Shown: piece after piece, positions 45,401 through 55,584 of the stretch
Numbering within the stretch: position 1 is the stretch's first letter
Layout: every line of letters starts with the position of its first letter
Assembly: GCA_963740315.1 (NCBI GenBank)
Contig: CAVUDP010000001.1
Span: 96,001 to 160,000 of the forward strand
DNA length: 64,000 nucleotides
Direction: 5' to 3'
Source: an uncultured cyanobacterium
GTDB lineage: Bacteria; Cyanobacteriota; Cyanobacteriia; Cyanobacteriales; Nostocaceae
Program-made: the position numbers and the translations under genes
The notes under the pieces: model-generated
What the model was told of the DNA's origin: nothing
Databases searched by the model: none
Seen by the model: the letters and a program-made list of their open reading frames with translations, nothing else

Positions 45401-46122
45401 TCAAAGACTTTAGTTAACTCAAGATTCCCAAAATCCTTACAAATCGAAGATTCTTTAACTAAAACTTCACCCCTTTCCACAACTTGACAATACTCTTCAA
45501 ATAAACCCGTGGTAATATTGACCGGAAAGAGTTCGCACAGCCTTTTACCTAGCTGCTCTTCTTTAGTTGTTTGATTACATTCACAAGCTGCGGCATTTAC
45601 ATAATCAATCCGGAAATCGACAATATTACCTGCTTCATCCCGAATGCTGGAGAAAATACCGAAGCAATCCAACATATTCTCTACGGAAGTGCGGAAACGC
45701 TCGTCGCTACAACGCCTAAATATTTCAGCTTTTTGAGTATTTAAGACAGCTGATTCAATAGTAGAATTTAAAAGTTCTGCCGTTACTTGTTCCTTGACTA
45801 AATAATCTTCAAAACCGCTTTTAATTGCTCGTACTGCCACATTTTCATTACCACACCCAGTTATCATAATTACGGGTGGAGTTTCTTGCTGCTGTTTCAA
45901 TCTTGTTAGAAATTCTAATCCGTCCATATCTGGCAGCAGGTATTCCACTAAAATCAAGTCAGGCTGCAACCTTTGATGTAAATCTAATGCTGCTTTCCCG
46001 CTTGATTCCGACAAAATTCTGTATCCACATTCCGATTGCAGCAGGTAGCTTTCATACCTCTGGCGCTCTTCAAAATTATTGTCGATAATCAAAATCGTGA
46101 GTTGTTGCATGATTGCCAACAA
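42499..46122 (-). CDS. Hybrid sensor histidine kinase: N-terminal receiver, multiple PAS/PAC, HisKA, HATPase
   Basis: REC N-terminus; SHDLRSPL H-box, NLLSNAIKF, DTGIG, GLGLGL. Confidence 0.92.
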   Translation of the reverse strand: MLAIMQQLTILIIDNNFEERQRYESYLLQSECGYRILSESSGKAALDLHQRLQPDLILVEYLLPDMDGLEFLTRLKQQQETPPVIMITGCGNENVAVRAIKSGFEDYLVKEQVTAELLNSTIESAVLNTQKAEIFRRCSDERFRTSVENMLDCFGIFSSIRDEAGNIVDFRIDYVNAAACECNQTTKEEQLGKRLCELFPVNITTGLFEEYCQVVERGEVLVKESSICKDFGNLELTKVFDIRATKLGDGFVASWRDVTENKQAEQQLQKNKQFIESITDTTPGLLYVYDLVEQQNVYVNNQIGELLGYTPAEIQDMGKELFPRIMHPSDLARIPELQQRFDSAADGEILGIEYRLRHQDGEWRWFYGRETVFNRNPDASPLRVSPYRETLRERQSLQVGEPDDTCFKSGNPCLPNAVSPQRAGSPRQIIGTVVDITNLKQTQEELRSSNERFQLASRAVDSVIYDWDITFNSIIRTEGLTSILGYSLEEIEPTIEWWMQLVHPEDKNNLFQPLQAVLANQEYYTFEYRVRHKEGDYRYVLDRGSVVRNAQSSPVRVVGSITDISDRKQAETALRQSEAKYKRIIESNIVGIYFGDFSGKIYEANDAFLEIVGYNHEDLEAGLLNWNQMIVGTESQAMIPQIREELETNGVCTPFEKQYVRKDGTRVSVLTAIACIEGREAEGYSVCFVLNISQRKQALEKVRESEAKFRRVIESNIVGIYFGDFSGKIFEANDSFLQTFGYTREDLENGSLYWNRMTPPEYSQLDEQKMQEIQTGGVCKPFEKEYLAKDGTRIPVLLAIACIEGRETQGYSVCLILDVSERKQAQLELRSSEQSYRFLSESIPQIVWSCNPQGECEYISQRWTEYTGQAIEEAMNFGWLELLHPEDAESVRHIWQRSLTTGELYEAEMRYRRCDGMYRWFLVRALPMKDEQGKILKWFGTNTDIHELKQLEAIRSELLQREQTARTAAEAANNAKDDFVAMVSHDLRSPLNSILGWAKLLRTRNLDETATTRALETIERNAKSQAKLLEDLLDMSRILRGTIHLDLTQINLIETVQRAINTAYPVANVKSIYIESILDDSLPLIQGDSNRLGQVLGNLLSNAIKFTPEEGRIQVELSVVETGGEQQKLNSARYAQITVSDTGIGINPDFLPYVFERYRQAEGTRKKGGLGLGLAISRHIVELHAGTIEVFSRGKGKGSSFAIKLPI
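44851..44985. mobile_element. Nested small dispersed repeat (SDR-type) inserted in frame in the kinase
   Basis: 135 bp between GGTGA direct repeats (44846, 44981); internal duplicated modules. Confidence 0.8.
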
Positions 46123-46927
46123 AAGGGATTAAAAATAACTCTAAATTTAGCAACAAGTAATTCATTTAAAATTACTACAATTAAAATTTCGATTCGGCAA
46201 ATAAATACAGCAAGCAATAATACAACATTGATACCTAAATTGAACCGAATTAAACCAACCGCAATATAAATAGAAATGAATTTATTTTAAACAATTCTTA
46301 ACTTATTGAAAATTAATCAAAGTAAATATTTTTTATTTAATAAAAATTAATATTTTATTGTCATTATTTTACTATGACTATAGTATTTTGTAAAATATAA
46401 TAATTATTTTTTAACAACTATAATTTAGGCAAGCAATTCCTAGCTAAGAAAACAAAAGTTTAAAATTGGGTTTTAGAGGCAATTCCGATTCAATTTAGAA
46501 GTAGACGGTTCGAGATGAATCAAAATAGGAGTATTCCTGCGGATTTGAGTTTATAGTACGTTAGCGTACATGGAAGGGAAGAAAGCAAGATACTCTTACT
46601 ACAGTATATTTTTTCTTTCTTTGGATGCCAGCATCAAAATCCTTGCTGGATTAAACTTTTATTATGAACGAGATATGACTTCTTAGAGTAATGCGATCGC
46701 GCTTTACCAACCGCTTCAAATTTAGTTCGTAGAAATGTTCTCGATCGGGTAATATAAAATTTTATTGGCAGTTAATTAAAAGAAACATATATATCTTTTC
46801 TATTCCCCGTGTTTCTCGATCTTATTAGCCCGGTTTTGCCTAAATTTTAAATTATAAAATAAATTACAAATTATCGTGTCCCATATAGAGGGAAAATAGA
46901 AAACCAAGATGTTTTGATAAATAGTTC

Positions 46928-47281
46928 ATGTCTGCAAATCATTTGACACTTAACCTAGTTGAAGGTTCCGTATCTTTTAACTTTTCACCCGCAGCGGCAC
47001 GAGAATTAAAAGCGGCTATAGATGAATTGATGCAAAAACTTAAGGCTGTTGCGGCTAAAGCTGCGGCAGCCGGAGGTAAACCAAATCCTCAATCGCCGAT
47101 GGAATACCGTCATACGGGAGAAATCTTTCTAGAAATTTTTTGCAATCCAAATATCTGGGCTAGCCCTTTCGCTGCAAAAGTTTTACTTACCGTGCGAGAT
47201 GCGAGTATCCGCTTGACAACCGAAGCTGAGCTTACCCGCCTTATAGAAGATATCAACCAGTATTTAGAACAAACTAGTTAA
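46928..47281 (+). CDS. Conserved cyanobacterial hypothetical protein
   Basis: Clean [23 protein letters not shown]. Confidence 0.75.
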   Translation: MSANHLTLNLVEGSVSFNFSPAAARELKAAIDELMQKLKAVAAKAAAAGGKPNPQSPMEYRHTGEIFLEIFCNPNIWASPFAAKVLLTVRDASIRLTTEAELTRLIEDINQYLEQTS

Positions 47282-47647
47282 GGAATATAACAACCCATAA
47301 AAAATAGTTCATGGCTAATTACAACTTTGTTATTAGTCATGGGCAAAACGCGAGATAATAAATAAGTACATTCAAAGCGTAAAACTAAAAAACATAGAAT
47401 TATATCAATAAATAGCTATAAGGTAGAAGCAGAATTTAAAAAAATCTTGGAAATGAGGTAAAAAGTTACAGTACAAGTATTTGAATTTCTTATTCTAATT
47501 TTTCTAGTAATATCTTAATGACCGATAATTTAATCCTCCATATTACCAGAATTTTCACCTTGTAATACTAATTTTTTTAATAGGACTCAATATAACATTG
47601 CGAATACACTAGCCACTGCCACTTTTTATTTACACCAAAAATCTTGC

Positions 47648-48715
47648 ATGGAGATCGGAGTTATGAAGAAATACGATCGATTTTTCAACTCAAAAGAAAC
47701 ATTAAAAGAGTCACTCAATCGAGAAGAAGCAGTGGCTACAGTTGCACTTATAACCGCCGCCGCCGATACTTCCTTAGAAGATATAGATATCGAATTTTTG
47801 GTTGATGTGCTTTGGGGATTCGAGATTTTTGAAGAATATTCGGATGAAGATTTATTAGAAATGCTTAATAAACTTCTAAAGTTAGCCGGAAAAAAAGGAC
47901 CGGGAGCGCTGTTTAATGCTGCGAACGATCGACTCGACGATGAATCATCAGAAGATGCTTTTGCCGCAGGAGTAAGTGTAATCATAGACGAAGAAGAAAT
48001 GCAGATTCCCAAAGCAAAAATGCCTTTGCTAAAAAGTTTACAGCAAGCTTTAGAATTTGATGATGATGAAGCACAAGAAATTATCGAAGATGTAATTGCT
48101 GCCTTCGAGGAAGCAGAATTAGAAGAATTGCTGGAAGACGAAGACGAAACAATAGTTGATATAGCCTTTAATATTGATGAATATGATTCTCCATCAGATA
48201 ACTTTACAGTTCCGTTTCCAGTAGATCCTCATCAAGGCGGTAAAGTTCAAAGTCAAGAAGGCGCAGTTAGTTTTTCTGATGATGAAGGTACTTTTTTAAG
48301 AATTGATTATTATTGTTTACCTTCCAAAGAGATAGAACAAATGGAAGCGATCGGACAAGAAGATTATTTAAAATCTACTCTTGTAAACAAATATATTCCT
48401 GAAGAAATAGTCGCGAATTTGCCAGAAGCACAGGTTGAATATACTGAATATATGCCAAAAACCTTAGAAGGTTCTTATTTTGTGCTGCTTTATATGCCTG
48501 GAGGTTCAAGAACTTATAAAACAGGAAATAACGGTACCGCGACAAAGTTAGATGCCTATCGAGGATTGATTGCATTTATTAACGGCGACTTTCTTTATAT
48601 AGTTAGCAGTCAACGTACATTTATGGATGGAAAAACTGCTAGTTTTATGAAGCAAGAAGCCGTTGCCCTCAAGCAGATGATTTTAGATTTTGTCGAAACT
48701 ATAGAATTTAGTTAA
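47648..48715 (+). CDS. Acidic protein with an N-terminal TerB-like domain
   Basis: EAVA..A..AAD, GPGALFNAA, AFA, LQQAL pattern resembling TerB; start may be 47663. Confidence 0.6.
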   Translation: MEIGVMKKYDRFFNSKETLKESLNREEAVATVALITAAADTSLEDIDIEFLVDVLWGFEIFEEYSDEDLLEMLNKLLKLAGKKGPGALFNAANDRLDDESSEDAFAAGVSVIIDEEEMQIPKAKMPLLKSLQQALEFDDDEAQEIIEDVIAAFEEAELEELLEDEDETIVDIAFNIDEYDSPSDNFTVPFPVDPHQGGKVQSQEGAVSFSDDEGTFLRIDYYCLPSKEIEQMEAIGQEDYLKSTLVNKYIPEEIVANLPEAQVEYTEYMPKTLEGSYFVLLYMPGGSRTYKTGNNGTATKLDAYRGLIAFINGDFLYIVSSQRTFMDGKTASFMKQEAVALKQMILDFVETIEFS

Positions 48716-48745
48716 ATAAATCGTTGTATTTAGTTTTTGATTATC

Positions 48746-49203
48746 AAGGTTCGTAGTAAGGGCTTTAGCGCTCGTATTTGGGGAACCTAAGCCCTTACTA
48801 CAAATATATCAAAATTAATGAAAAGGATCGCTAGTAGTCTATTTCATTAATTCTGCCGGGTGGGCATCCAACCCGCCAGGGACTGTAAGTCCCTGTCTAA
48901 TAGCGAAAGTCCTCTTAAGAGGACTGAGGAAGTACCCCTCATAACTTATGTGGTTGAGTACTAGTAGTCTATTTCATTAATTCTGAAGGGTAAAAGGTTC
49001 GTAGTAAGGGCATTGCTTCCCTCCAGATTTAGTACTAAAATCGGCACGTCGAACCAATCAAATTCAATGCAATCAACTACTAGTGGTTCGTCCAATTAAT
49101 TCCGATCGGCTCGTAGTGATGATTTGTTACCCGGCATAAAAGGGCTAAAGCCCTTACTACGAACCTTTATGACCGATCGCATTTAATGGAGTGAAGTAGT
49201 AAG
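48746..49203. mobile_element. Tandem array of CTAG-joined inverted-end cassettes with REP cargo
   Basis: CTAG junctions at 48831, 48961 and 49080; 25-bp exact repeat ctagtagtctatttcattaattctg at 48831 and 48961. Confidence 0.7.
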
Positions 49204-49235
49204 TATATTTTCAAAAATAATTTACAATCTAAATA

Positions 49236-51707
49236 CTAAGTCAAAATAGTTCCACCCATTAACTTTTCATAACGGTATTTCAACTCTTCTTTCATTAATT
49301 GCCACTGCTCTAAACTTGCGTCTATTTCTATTACTTTTTCCGCTGCTTGACGCGCTAAAACTAATACTTCTTCGTCTTCTACTAAACTTGCTAAAGTAAA
49401 ATCTGGGATACCCGATTGTCGAGTTCCTAAAACTTGTCCGGGACCTCGAAAACGCATATCCATTTCTGATATAAAAAACCCGTCTTGTGACTGTTCTAAT
49501 ACTTTTAATCTTTGCTGAGCGTCGCCACTGCGAGAACTGCTGACTAAAAGACAAAAGGATTGCGCCGCACCTCTACCAACACGTCCCCGCAATTGATGCA
49601 GCTGCGATAAACCGAATCTTTCCGCGTTTTCAATTAGCATTACCGTTGCATTCGGAACATCTACACCAACTTCTACCACGGTAGTAGAGACTAAAATTTG
49701 GGTTTCCCGATCGCGGAATTTGCTAATTGCTGCGTCTTTGTCGGCGGAACTCATGCGTCCGTGGAGCAATCCCACCTGAAATTCGGGGAATACTGCTTCC
49801 TGTAACTTTTTATGCTCTTCTACGGCGGAACGTAAATCTAATTTTTCCGATTCTTCCACCAAGGGCAAGACTACATAAACCTGTCTCCCTTGAGCAATTT
49901 CTCGACGAATTAAGTCGTAAGCGTGACTGCGATCGCCTGCTTTCAAAGCTGTAGTTTTTATCTTTTGTCTTCCCGGTGGTAGCTCATCAATTTGACTCAC
50001 ATCTAAGTCGCCGTGAATAGTCAGCGCTAAGGTTCTTGGAATCGGAGTCGCGGTCATAGTTAATACATGGGGCTGCTCGCCTTTTTGCTGCAACCGCGCT
50101 CGTTGCTCTACCCCAAAGCGATGCTGTTCGTCAATTACCACCAAACCCAATCGCTGGAAGTTTACGGGGTCTTGAATCAAAGCATGAGTACCAACTAAAA
50201 GCGGTAATTCTCCGGTTTCTAACTGGGCGTGGATTTGTCGCCTTTTTGCAACTTTAGTGGAGCCAGTCAGTAATTCTACTGGTAAATGCAGCAAGTTAAA
50301 CCAGTTAACCAACTTACGATAATGTTGTTCTGCTAAAACTTCCGTGGGAGCCATCAACGCCGCTTGATACCCCGATTGAATCGCCGCAATAATCGCCACC
50401 ACTGCCACAACGGTTTTACCAGAACCCACATCTCCCTGCACCAAACGATTCATCGGTGCGGGTTTTTGTAAATCGTTGAGAATATCTTGAATAACTCGTT
50501 CCTGTGCCCCCGTCAACTTAAACGGTAATATTTCATGAAACTGCTGCAATAACTCACCTTTGGGGGCAAGAATCGCACTAGTTTGAACTTGACGCGCTTT
50601 TTGCTGACGTTGCAATAAACCAAGTTGCAGGTAGAAAAATTCATCAAACACCAAACGACGGCGTGCCGATCGCAAACTATCGCTATCGGCAGGGAAATGA
50701 ATATTGGCGATCGCGTCTTTTAATTCCATCAACTGATATTTCGTTCGCAAACCTTTTGGTAAAGGTTCTTTCAAAAGCGCGGTTGCTGGTAAAGCCGCAA
50801 CTACCGCCTGTCGCACCGTACTCGCTACCAATCCCTCTGTCAAAGAATACACCGGCACAACTCTACCAACAGTCAGCGATTCAATTTCATCCCCCGGATT
50901 CGCTAAAACTTCCAACTCTGGATTATCGAGAGTCAACCCGTACTTGCTTTCCTTTACCAAACCACAGGCAGCCAAAGTACTTCCAGCAGCATAGCGACGC
51001 TTCATACTTTCTTGCCAACCACGACTGCTGTAACGAGCGCCTGCGTAAAAACGACTAATTTTTAAAATACCGGAGTTATCTTTTAACTGAATTTCTAAAA
51101 TCGATAATTTCTTATTTTTAGGGCTGCAAAAGCAGTTACAGCGCTTCACTGTTGCTACCAAAGTTACCGTTTCACCTGCCTGCAACTGAGCGATACACAC
51201 TTGATTCGCATAGTCAATATGGTCGCGGGGATAGTAAAACAGTAAATCGCGCACCGTATCCAAACCCAGACGCTGTAATTTACTCGCCTTTCTAAAACCA
51301 ATTTCCGGTAAATCGCTGAGTTTTTGGTCTAAATCGGGTGCAAGTCGCCGACTCACCTCCGCAACAATCTTAGTTTTAGGAATTTGGACTTTTGGTGCTG
51401 AATTATAATTATCGGCTTGTGCCCCTTCCCTTTCCCTTTGCTGCAAAGCATAAAGATAGCGGCGAGCTTCCGCCACCAAATGTTGTCTATCTTCAGTTTC
51501 CAGATGCGGATAATTTGCAAACTTACCAGCAAAATCCAGCCAGCGACGACGTTCTTCCGTAGGTAAGCCGACAGGAAACTTGCCAAAAGTTAAAGTCAGA
51601 AATTCATTAAAAAGGTATTCTCTACCCTTCAAATTAATAAAACCCCGTTCCGTTTCCACCGTCAGGGCTTTTTGCAATCTTATCCAATCTGGTTTTTCGT
51701 CATTCAT
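49236..51707 (-). CDS. recG: ATP-dependent DNA helicase RecG
   Basis: QGDVGSGKT, DEQHRFG, TATPIPR, HQLRGRVGR. Confidence 0.97.
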   Translation of the reverse strand: MNDEKPDWIRLQKALTVETERGFINLKGREYLFNEFLTLTFGKFPVGLPTEERRRWLDFAGKFANYPHLETEDRQHLVAEARRYLYALQQREREGAQADNYNSAPKVQIPKTKIVAEVSRRLAPDLDQKLSDLPEIGFRKASKLQRLGLDTVRDLLFYYPRDHIDYANQVCIAQLQAGETVTLVATVKRCNCFCSPKNKKLSILEIQLKDNSGILKISRFYAGARYSSRGWQESMKRRYAAGSTLAACGLVKESKYGLTLDNPELEVLANPGDEIESLTVGRVVPVYSLTEGLVASTVRQAVVAALPATALLKEPLPKGLRTKYQLMELKDAIANIHFPADSDSLRSARRRLVFDEFFYLQLGLLQRQQKARQVQTSAILAPKGELLQQFHEILPFKLTGAQERVIQDILNDLQKPAPMNRLVQGDVGSGKTVVAVVAIIAAIQSGYQAALMAPTEVLAEQHYRKLVNWFNLLHLPVELLTGSTKVAKRRQIHAQLETGELPLLVGTHALIQDPVNFQRLGLVVIDEQHRFGVEQRARLQQKGEQPHVLTMTATPIPRTLALTIHGDLDVSQIDELPPGRQKIKTTALKAGDRSHAYDLIRREIAQGRQVYVVLPLVEESEKLDLRSAVEEHKKLQEAVFPEFQVGLLHGRMSSADKDAAISKFRDRETQILVSTTVVEVGVDVPNATVMLIENAERFGLSQLHQLRGRVGRGAAQSFCLLVSSSRSGDAQQRLKVLEQSQDGFFISEMDMRFRGPGQVLGTRQSGIPDFTLASLVEDEEVLVLARQAAEKVIEIDASLEQWQLMKEELKYRYEKLMGGTILT

Positions 51708-51800
51708 TGGTTGTTAGTTGTTAGTTGTTAGTTGTTAGTTATTGGATATAAAAATAATTAATCAACTCTTAATTCATAACTCCTAACTCCTAACTTTTAT

Positions 51801-52943
51801 TTAATCTTCGTACCAGCTAGCACGCCATGCTGCTTCGGCGGAAGCTATGGAACGTTCTCGCTGTTTCTTTTGATATTCTCTTCCCAATTTGCCTAACTGA
51901 TTCAATATATTGCGAATTTGTTTGCGTTCGGAGGAAAGTTTAAGATCGGCAAACTCTATTTCAACTAAGCGTAGGTTTAAAGCGGTAACTTGCGTCAAGC
52001 TTTCTGATTCTTCCTCGCCTTCAACTCCGACTACCAAACTTAGTAGATTAGGAGGTCCGGGCATAACATCTGTAGATGCTTCTGATGAAGCAGCAGCGGC
52101 TTCTAAAATAGATGGTGGTAATTTTTTAGGTAATATACCAGCTTTTTGTAACAAACGATTGCTATCGCGAGACAAACTTTTCAATATGTAACGAATAGCT
52201 CTTTCTAAGTTTTTTTGCCAAGCGGCTAATTCCATCGGATTGGAAGTATTAGGGTTGAACCAGTTTTTCCAATCTTTGCTGACATCTGGTTCTGTCACGA
52301 ATATGGGAGACTGACCTTTGTTGGCAGATAAAAAAGCGATTTTGGCATCTAGGGGAAGTGAACTAGAGGAAGCATTTGGAGAAAAATTATTTGGTTGTAC
52401 TTCGTCTTCCATTTCTAATTTTTCGACGATTTCTTCTAAATCTTCATCTTCGATTTCCAATTCTTGAGCTATTTCTTCTAAATCTTCATCTTCAAGTTCT
52501 AAATCTTCAAGTTCTAAATCTTCATCTTCAAGTTCTAAATCTTCATCTTCATCTTCAAGTTCTAAATCTTCTAAATCTTCTAAATCTTCGTCCTCTATTT
52601 CTTCTTCTAAATCCTCATTACTTCCTTCAATTTCTTCTTCATTTTCTTCTAAATCCTCTTCATCATCATTAATTAAAGCTTGCATATCTTGGTCGGCAGA
52701 TTTTGCTAACTTACGCATAGCCTGCTGCAATTTCTGTCGCTTACTTAAAGACAATCTGAGAAAATTTTCTGGGTATCCTTGGGTACACAGATGATAACTT
52801 GCTAAAATTAATTGCTGACCTACTGCTTGTCCCAAAACTGACAAATAACTGCCATAAGCGGTTTGAAGTTGTTGCGCGATCGCTCCTATAGCTTTTTCTA
52901 GCTCGACAATATCTTTTTCTATTCGCTCGATTGGTCTTGCCAT
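51801..52943 (-). CDS. Conserved cyanobacterial hypothetical protein with an expanded acidic repeat
   Basis: LILASYHLCTQGYPE...AEAAWRASW; internal ELEDEDL repeats. Confidence 0.8.
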   Translation of the reverse strand: MARPIERIEKDIVELEKAIGAIAQQLQTAYGSYLSVLGQAVGQQLILASYHLCTQGYPENFLRLSLSKRQKLQQAMRKLAKSADQDMQALINDDEEDLEENEEEIEGSNEDLEEEIEDEDLEDLEDLELEDEDEDLELEDEDLELEDLELEDEDLEEIAQELEIEDEDLEEIVEKLEMEDEVQPNNFSPNASSSSLPLDAKIAFLSANKGQSPIFVTEPDVSKDWKNWFNPNTSNPMELAAWQKNLERAIRYILKSLSRDSNRLLQKAGILPKKLPPSILEAAAASSEASTDVMPGPPNLLSLVVGVEGEEESESLTQVTALNLRLVEIEFADLKLSSERKQIRNILNQLGKLGREYQKKQRERSIASAEAAWRASWYED

Positions 52944-53244
52944 ATCTGATTATGTTCCATTTTTCTTAGTTATGGTACGTGGATTACCCAATTATTTCCA
53001 TGTAATCGTGTCTTTAATTTGAAGTTATCCGATACAATAAAAACGAAATTTAATTTAATGTTCAGTTAATTTAATAGAAAATTTTTATTAATTTCCACTC
53101 GGAGACTGCGGACGTATATTAATTATCCAAGCCTTGAGAAACACGGTTTATTCTAGTTATTTATAACTTCGTTGTAAAACGAAAAACAAACCAGCAACAG
53201 AAATAGCGGACGTATATTAATTATCAATTATCTATTTAATAGAA

Positions 53245-53277
53245 GAAAAACAGGTCAATCTTCAAAAGTTTGACCTG
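53245..53277 (-). terminator. Terminator of the rpsB-tsf operon
   Basis: caggtcaa...ttgacctg hairpin followed by a T-run on the minus strand. Confidence 0.6.
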
Positions 53278-53305
53278 TATAAGAACAACAGAATACTAAA
53301 CTGAA

Positions 53306-54249
53306 TTATTTGTTACCCATTTGTGCGGCAACTTCATCAGCAAAGTTTTCTTCTTTTTTGTCAATACCTTCGCCAAGAATATAGCGAGTAAAGCGACTAA
53401 TAGAAATTTCTTCGCCGAGTTTAGAACCCGTTTGTTTGATCAATTCTTCAATTGAAGTGCTTTGATCTCGAATGTAAGGCTGATCCAACAAAGTCATTTC
53501 TTTGAGACGCTTATCGATTCTTCCTTGAACAATTTTTTCTTTGATATTGTCAGGCTTGTTCGCTAAGTCATCCCGCCCCATTTCGATTTCTTTTTCTTTT
53601 TCGGCGATTTCAGTAGGAATTTCGTCTACAGTTACATACTCAACGTTTGGACAAGCAGCAACCTGCATGGCAACGTTTCGCGCTAATGTTTTAAATTCTT
53701 CCTTACCCGCAGCAGCTTGGGAACTGCATTTGAGTTCAACTAACACCCCGACTCTACCGCCAGTATGGATGTAGCTGTCTACTGCTCCTTGCGTACCTTC
53801 AGGTAAGGAATAATTCTCAAAGCGACGTACTTTGATATTTTCACCCAACTGAGCGATTGTTTCAGCTATAGATTGTTCAACCGTTTTATCTTTATTTTCT
53901 GAATAAGGTTGAGCTAACAAAGACTCAACACTGTCAACAGTCGTTGCTTGTTTAGCCAAATTTTGAGCCAAAGCCTTAAAAGCTTCGTTACGAGCAACAA
54001 AGTCAGTTTGGCTGTTGACTTCAATTAATACGCCGACTTTACCATTCGGTTCGATGTAGGTTTCAACTGAACCTTCAGCAGCAATGCGATCGCTTTTTTA
54101 GTCGCACCGGCAATGCCTTTTTGGCGTAACCATTCGATACCTTTCTCAATGTCGCCTTCGGTTTCTTTTAGCGCTTTTTTGCAGTCCATCATACCAGCGC
54201 CAGTTTTTTGCCGTAACTGTTGGACTAATTTTGCAGATATTTCCGCCAT
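53306..54249 (-). CDS. tsf: Elongation factor Ts, split by a 1-nt deletion at 54094-54099
   Basis: [16 protein letters not shown]; adding one A restores [22 protein letters not shown] and gives 314 aa. Confidence 0.93.
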
Positions 54250-54540
54250 GTTGCCTCAATTTCTACTTAACTGACAGTTTTAATCGAAGATGAAATATTG
54301 AGTATTTCTATATTACTCGTGCCGTGGCATACTCAGATATATTTTTATCATCAGCTTAAAGTATAAAAAGGCAAGAGGCAGTTAAGGGCAGTAATAGTTA
54401 TAAAATTTAGTTATTATTTGAAAACTAAAATATCTAGCCCTTAACGCGGTAACGGTTCTGGCTAAATCCCCAAAACCTTGATACTTATATTGTGCCTCCT
54501 GCTTTTTCGCTTATTCCTGAATCAATAAAATTGTTACACT

Positions 54541-55347
54541 TTATTCTTCAGTGGATTCTTCCTCGTCTCCACTATCATTGGAATCTTCGCTGAATTCGCC
54601 GCTATCTTCGTAATCGTAATCGTCTTCACTACCTTCGTAATCATACTCTTCATCACTTTCCAATTGACCGTGATGACCTTCGTAGATAGCGTCTGCTAAT
54701 TTGCCTACGATCAGTTTAATAGAACGGATAGCGTCATCGTTCGCTGGAATGGGAACATCTACCACATCCGGGTCACAATTTGTATCTAACATCGATACAA
54801 TAGGCAATCCTAGCTTTTCACATTCTTGAACCGCGTTGTACTCCCGGCGTTGGTCTACGATTATGACTATATCGGGGATTTTCCGCATAGTTTTAATCCC
54901 ACCAAGGTACTTTTGCAGCTTGGATAGCTCCCGACGCAGCATTGAAGCTTCTTTCTTCGGCAGTAAATCTAGGGCACCGCTTTCTTCGCGACGCTCCAAA
55001 TCTTTTAAGCGATCTACCCGCGTCTTAATAGTCGTCCAGTTGGTGAGCATTCCACCCAACCAGCGCTGATTAATGTAGTGGGCACCGCAGCGGCTTGATT
55101 CTTGAGCAATAATTCCCGCAGCTTGTCGCTTAGTACCTACAAACAGAAACTTTTTACCTTGTTCTGCTTGAGTTCGCATATAAGCATAGGCATCTTCCAT
55201 CAACTGGGCGGTTTGCACCAAGTCAATGATATGTACTCCATTACGAGAAGTGTAAATGTAAGGAGACATTTTGGGGTTCCATCTTCGGGTTTGATGTCCG
55301 AAGTGAACTCCTGACTCCATCATTTGAGCCAATGAAACAACAGGCAT
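54541..55347 (-). CDS. rpsB: 30S ribosomal protein S2
   Basis: [33 protein letters not shown]. Confidence 0.98.
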   Translation of the reverse strand: MPVVSLAQMMESGVHFGHQTRRWNPKMSPYIYTSRNGVHIIDLVQTAQLMEDAYAYMRTQAEQGKKFLFVGTKRQAAGIIAQESSRCGAHYINQRWLGGMLTNWTTIKTRVDRLKDLERREESGALDLLPKKEASMLRRELSKLQKYLGGIKTMRKIPDIVIIVDQRREYNAVQECEKLGLPIVSMLDTNCDPDVVDVPIPANDDAIRSIKLIVGKLADAIYEGHHGQLESDEEYDYEGSEDDYDYEDSGEFSEDSNDSGDEEESTEE

Positions 55348-55357
55348 ATTTTTTCTC

Positions 55358-55430
55358 CTATTCGGGTTAAACCTCCATCTAGTCGCATTTCCGAATATAC
55401 GGAAACACCCGAATTCCTAGATGTGCGAGA
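55358..55430 (-). promoter_or_regulatory. rpsB leader (t44 / S2 autoregulatory RNA)
   Basis: CAUCUAG/CUAGAUG stem, UUUCCG/CGGAAA hairpin, UUCGGG/CCCGAA pseudoknot pairing and GGAGG..UAACCC just before the rpsB start. Confidence 0.75.
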
Positions 55431-55584
55431 TTAGAAAACTTTTCTAATTTACCACATAAAAATGCTGTATTTTGGGGGGAAAACCGAATTTCGGTGTTTG
55501 TGCTGTTTTTGATTAACAGTAACAAAACTAAGTTTAAATTTTATATTGTTACTTAATTTATTAATTTATATAAATCGGGAATAG

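Noticed and set aside
46556..46569. GTA-N8-TAC NtcA-like site
   Set aside because: Atypical internal and flanking bases, and no clear -10 element at the expected spacing.
48831..49203. CRISPR array interpretation of the repeated 25-31-mers
   Set aside because: The period of 119-130 bp is too long, the repeats are degenerate and paired as inverted ends, and there are no cas genes.
53306..54249. tsf as a true pseudogene
   Set aside because: Essential gene, otherwise intact, with a single homopolymer indel.
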